A stretch of 50,802 nucleotides of DNA from Candidatus Muiribacteriota bacterium (GTDB lineage: Bacteria > Muiribacteriota > Muiribacteriia > Muiribacteriales > Muiribacteriaceae): NCBI GenBank assembly GCA_051747805.1, contig JBNJGP010000006.1, forward strand, positions 1 to 50,802, written 5' to 3'. Within the stretch, counting starts at the first letter, position 1. Each line of letters begins with the position of its first letter. A model generated the notes under the pieces. That model worked only from the letters and a program-made list of their open reading frames with translations. It made no database searches and was not told the DNA's origin. Below are positions 48,119 to 50,802 of this stretch, piece by piece. The position numbers and the translations under genes were made by a program.

Positions 48119-50464
48119 TTACTGCAGTAATCCAAGTACATTCTGTGGTTTTTGATTAGCCTGTGCAAGCATTGAAGTACCTGACTGCATAAGAACCTGA
48201 TTTTTGGTAAAATCAGTCATTTCCTTTGCCATATCAACGTCTCTGATTCTTGACTCAGCTGCCTGAGTATTTTCATGGGCAATTGAAAGATAATGTATTG
48301 TTTTTTCAAGTGCGCTCTGATATGCACCAAGTTCACTTCTTTTTCTTGAAACTTTATCAAGCGCTTCATCTACTTTTGTAATTGCATTTGAAGCATCTGA
48401 TTGAGTCTGAACAGAAATATACTGTCGTAAATTCTGAGTTCTAGCACCATTAAGCATAATTGTCTTACCATCATGATGAACCCCGCCAGAACGATAAGTA
48501 TGTGACAGTCCCAATGTTTCACTTGTCATATTTCCAAAATCAGTAATCATTGTCTGTCCTTCATTTGCACCTATCTGATAAATCTGTCTTGTATCTCTGA
48601 TTGACAGTCTAGTTGAGGTTAGTGAAAAAGAATCTCCCCTTCCCCATATTTCCTCACCAGGTGTTGCTACATTTGGTCTTGGAAAATTATTCATCATTGC
48701 ATGATAATCACCATATTCAGTATTGCCATCACCTGTTACATCCTGCCCCTCAGGATTAGGCCATAAATTAGTGAAGTTTATATTACCTATTTCTTCATAA
48801 CTTCCGCTTTGTCGCTGATACACATCATTTGTATCAGAATCTACATAAAATTCGCCGTCAGCACCTAAAGTATCATCCGGATCACCGCTTTCACCCCACG
48901 GTTGAGGGTAATCTCCGCCATTATCATCTATTACACCCTCTGAATCCCAAGTTGTTCCATTAAAAATATATTGTTCTGCAGTACCAGTATCAATATATGT
49001 TTCTCCTAAATTATAAATTGCAGGATCATCTGCAGGGACACCGGCAGCGGCATAATCAAATACGTCTTCTGGTTCTACCGCATGCCATATACCACCTCTT
49101 AACTCAAATATATCACTAGTATCTGCTGCGTTTAACGTCATTAAATCACCTTCTTCTCCCTCGGCGGGAAAAACTTCCAGAAAGTCGGCAAATTCAGCTT
49201 CATATGTATGATCACGCTGTTCTAAAACACCATAATCAATTTCTGAATCAATATGAATTCTCATACCTTTTAATAAATTAGAATTTGTAAGGTCAACAAC
49301 ATCAGGCTGCCCATCACCTGTTACATCCGGCCACAACGGAAAACCTTTGGTTGCTTCGGTTTTGTTTATTGGTCTTGCAAGCTCTCTTTCTCCAAAAACT
49401 CTTGAATCTGAAACAAAAACTCCAAGACTCTGTCCATGTCCACCAGGTTCTCCTACATTACCAGGTGCTGTTGGAAACTGTGCCTGCTGTGTAATATTGG
49501 TGATTGAAATCATTGTTTCTGTACCGCTTCTATATAAAGGCACTCCAAGATCGTCTCCTGATAAATCGTGAGCTTCTGTAGCACTTGTTAATGTATCCTT
49601 AACACCACCATGCAGTCCAAGTCTCATAGCTAGACCATCAGGGTCATCCCCGAAACTTATATTATATTTTGGGCCAGAATGGGTTGAGGTTATTGTAATA
49701 TCATTTCCCTCATTATCAAGCCCCGCCTTAACAGGAGCGCCTGATGTGTTTATTTTATATAAAACATCTTTTAATGTGTCATCTTCATGAAAATCAATTA
49801 CATGGGTCTGCTCATTTACCACAATATGAAATTCTTCTGTATCTGTAACACCTATATCTCTAAGGTTAACAATATTATCTGCATCAGGTCCATCTACTAC
49901 ATTACGATTTCCGTGTATTCTACAGGGGGTTCCGGCTGAAAGAACGGTTATTGAGTAGTCTGCGTTAGCAACAACTCCTGTTACATCGGCAGTTAAAGTT
50001 CTAACATCTGATGCATTTGCATGCCCGATTGTTGTGCCGTCCATTAATTTTTTACGGTTAAACTCCGTGTACTCAGCAACTCGGTCAATTTCATCTACAA
50101 GCAAATCCATTTCTTCCTGGATTCTTCGTCGATCATAGCTTGTGTAAGAGTCGTTGGACCCCTGTACTGCAAGAACTCTCATTCTCTGCAGAATTGAATG
50201 AGTTGAATCAAGAACACCCTCGGCTGTTTGAATCATTGATATACCGTCCTGGGCATTTCTTTCTGCCTGATTTAAACCGCTGATTTGTCCCCGCATTTTT
50301 TCTGACACCGCTAAACCAGCTGCATCATCTGCCGCAGTATTAATTCTAAGTCCAGATGATAGTCTTTTAAGATTATTACTTACGCTGTTGTTGGTTCCCT
50401 GCAGTGTACGAAGTGAATTAATTGCTGAAATATTATGGTTTATTACACCTACACCAGTAGCCAT
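48119..50464 (-). CDS. fliC: Flagellin (781 aa) with extra inserted repeat domain
   Basis: RLSSGLRINTAADDAAGLAVSEKMR. RSELGAYQ...SRIRDVDMAKEM. Variable region paralogous to the 620-aa flagellin. Confidence 0.97.
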   Translation of the reverse strand: MATGVGVINHNISAINSLRTLQGTNNSVSNNLKRLSSGLRINTAADDAAGLAVSEKMRGQISGLNQAERNAQDGISMIQTAEGVLDSTHSILQRMRVLAVQGSNDSYTSYDRRRIQEEMDLLVDEIDRVAEYTEFNRKKLMDGTTIGHANASDVRTLTADVTGVVANADYSITVLSAGTPCRIHGNRNVVDGPDADNIVNLRDIGVTDTEEFHIVVNEQTHVIDFHEDDTLKDVLYKINTSGAPVKAGLDNEGNDITITSTHSGPKYNISFGDDPDGLAMRLGLHGGVKDTLTSATEAHDLSGDDLGVPLYRSGTETMISITNITQQAQFPTAPGNVGEPGGHGQSLGVFVSDSRVFGERELARPINKTEATKGFPLWPDVTGDGQPDVVDLTNSNLLKGMRIHIDSEIDYGVLEQRDHTYEAEFADFLEVFPAEGEEGDLMTLNAADTSDIFELRGGIWHAVEPEDVFDYAAAGVPADDPAIYNLGETYIDTGTAEQYIFNGTTWDSEGVIDDNGGDYPQPWGESGDPDDTLGADGEFYVDSDTNDVYQRQSGSYEEIGNINFTNLWPNPEGQDVTGDGNTEYGDYHAMMNNFPRPNVATPGEEIWGRGDSFSLTSTRLSIRDTRQIYQIGANEGQTMITDFGNMTSETLGLSHTYRSGGVHHDGKTIMLNGARTQNLRQYISVQTQSDASNAITKVDEALDKVSRKRSELGAYQSALEKTIHYLSIAHENTQAAESRIRDVDMAKEMTDFTKNQVLMQSGTSMLAQANQKPQNVLGLLQ

Positions 50465-50472
50465 AGTTGTTT

Positions 50473-50506
50473 CCTCCCTCTCTTTTACAGTTTAACTTCC
50501 ATGTTA
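50473..50506 (-). promoter_or_regulatory. Putative CsrA sites in flagellin leader
   Basis: TAAC-ATGGAA-GTTA hairpin loop plus AGGGA overlapping the SD, as in Bacillus hag. Confidence 0.6.
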
Positions 50507-50538
50507 TTATTAAAATTAATTTTGTTAACCTGTGATAC

Positions 50539-50571
50539 TTATCGATAAAGTTAAAGTATTAGTTTAACTTT
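50539..50571 (-). promoter_or_regulatory. sigma28 promoter with perfect 9-bp dyad
   Basis: TAAA-N16-ATCGATAA. AAAGTTAAA-N7-TTTAACTTT. Confidence 0.7.
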
Positions 50572-50802
50572 AAGTTTTGTTTTTTAATTAATTATGGATA
50601 TATCGATATATTTTCCTTTTTGCGTTTACCAGTAACCGGTTTATTTAGAGATGTTATTATTGCTATCACAAAAATAACATCTTTAAAAAATAGACCCCGG
50701 CATAAAACATCACCGGGGTGACAAAGCAGGAGCAAAAAAAGCAATGAAAAATGAAGAATTAAAAATGTTCGAAAAGGAATGAAAAACATTTACAGAATTA
50801 TC

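Noticed and set aside
2231..49571. Short ORF-track entries antisense to or nested within long genes (e.g. 6033-6221, 9540-9806, 15379-15612, 38133-38462, 49347-49571)
   Set aside because: Shadow ORFs of well-supported genes, with no SD or motifs.
50592..50789. 65-aa minus-strand ORF
   Set aside because: No SD, an in-frame stop directly upstream, F/L-rich composition typical of AT-rich noise, and it spans hairpins.

Overview
AT-rich, densely packed chromosomal window from a flagellated, probably anaerobic bacterium. HEAT/TPR-rich envelope genes and a DnaK lacking the diderm insert hint at a deep-branching or candidate lineage, but taxonomy cannot be fixed from the sequence alone. Contents: the start of a lysine-fermentation unit (MutS-like kamC, 5' end of kamD); rpsF-rpsR-rplI-dnaB; a four-gene HEAT/TPR cluster; grpE-dnaK-dnaJ behind a sigma54-type promoter; ndk; an eroded TrpE/PabB-like gene ahead of a CUT1 ABC transporter and nrnA; two large paralogous flagellins; a long pgi-to-sppA operon containing hsp20 and a lon gene with two in-frame TAA codons; queD, queE, rlmN; and a Maf-type flagellin glycosylation cluster. 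No rRNA, tRNA, CRISPR array or transposase was seen. Best candidate for an undescribed system: both flagellin units share a 33-bp sigma28-type promoter containing a 9-bp dyad (AAAGTTAAA-N7-TTTAACTTT). One unit also encodes a MerR-type HTH and a K+ channel, and two unannotated Cys-rich microproteins carry sigma28-like -10 boxes. All family calls come from motif recognition, not database searches.
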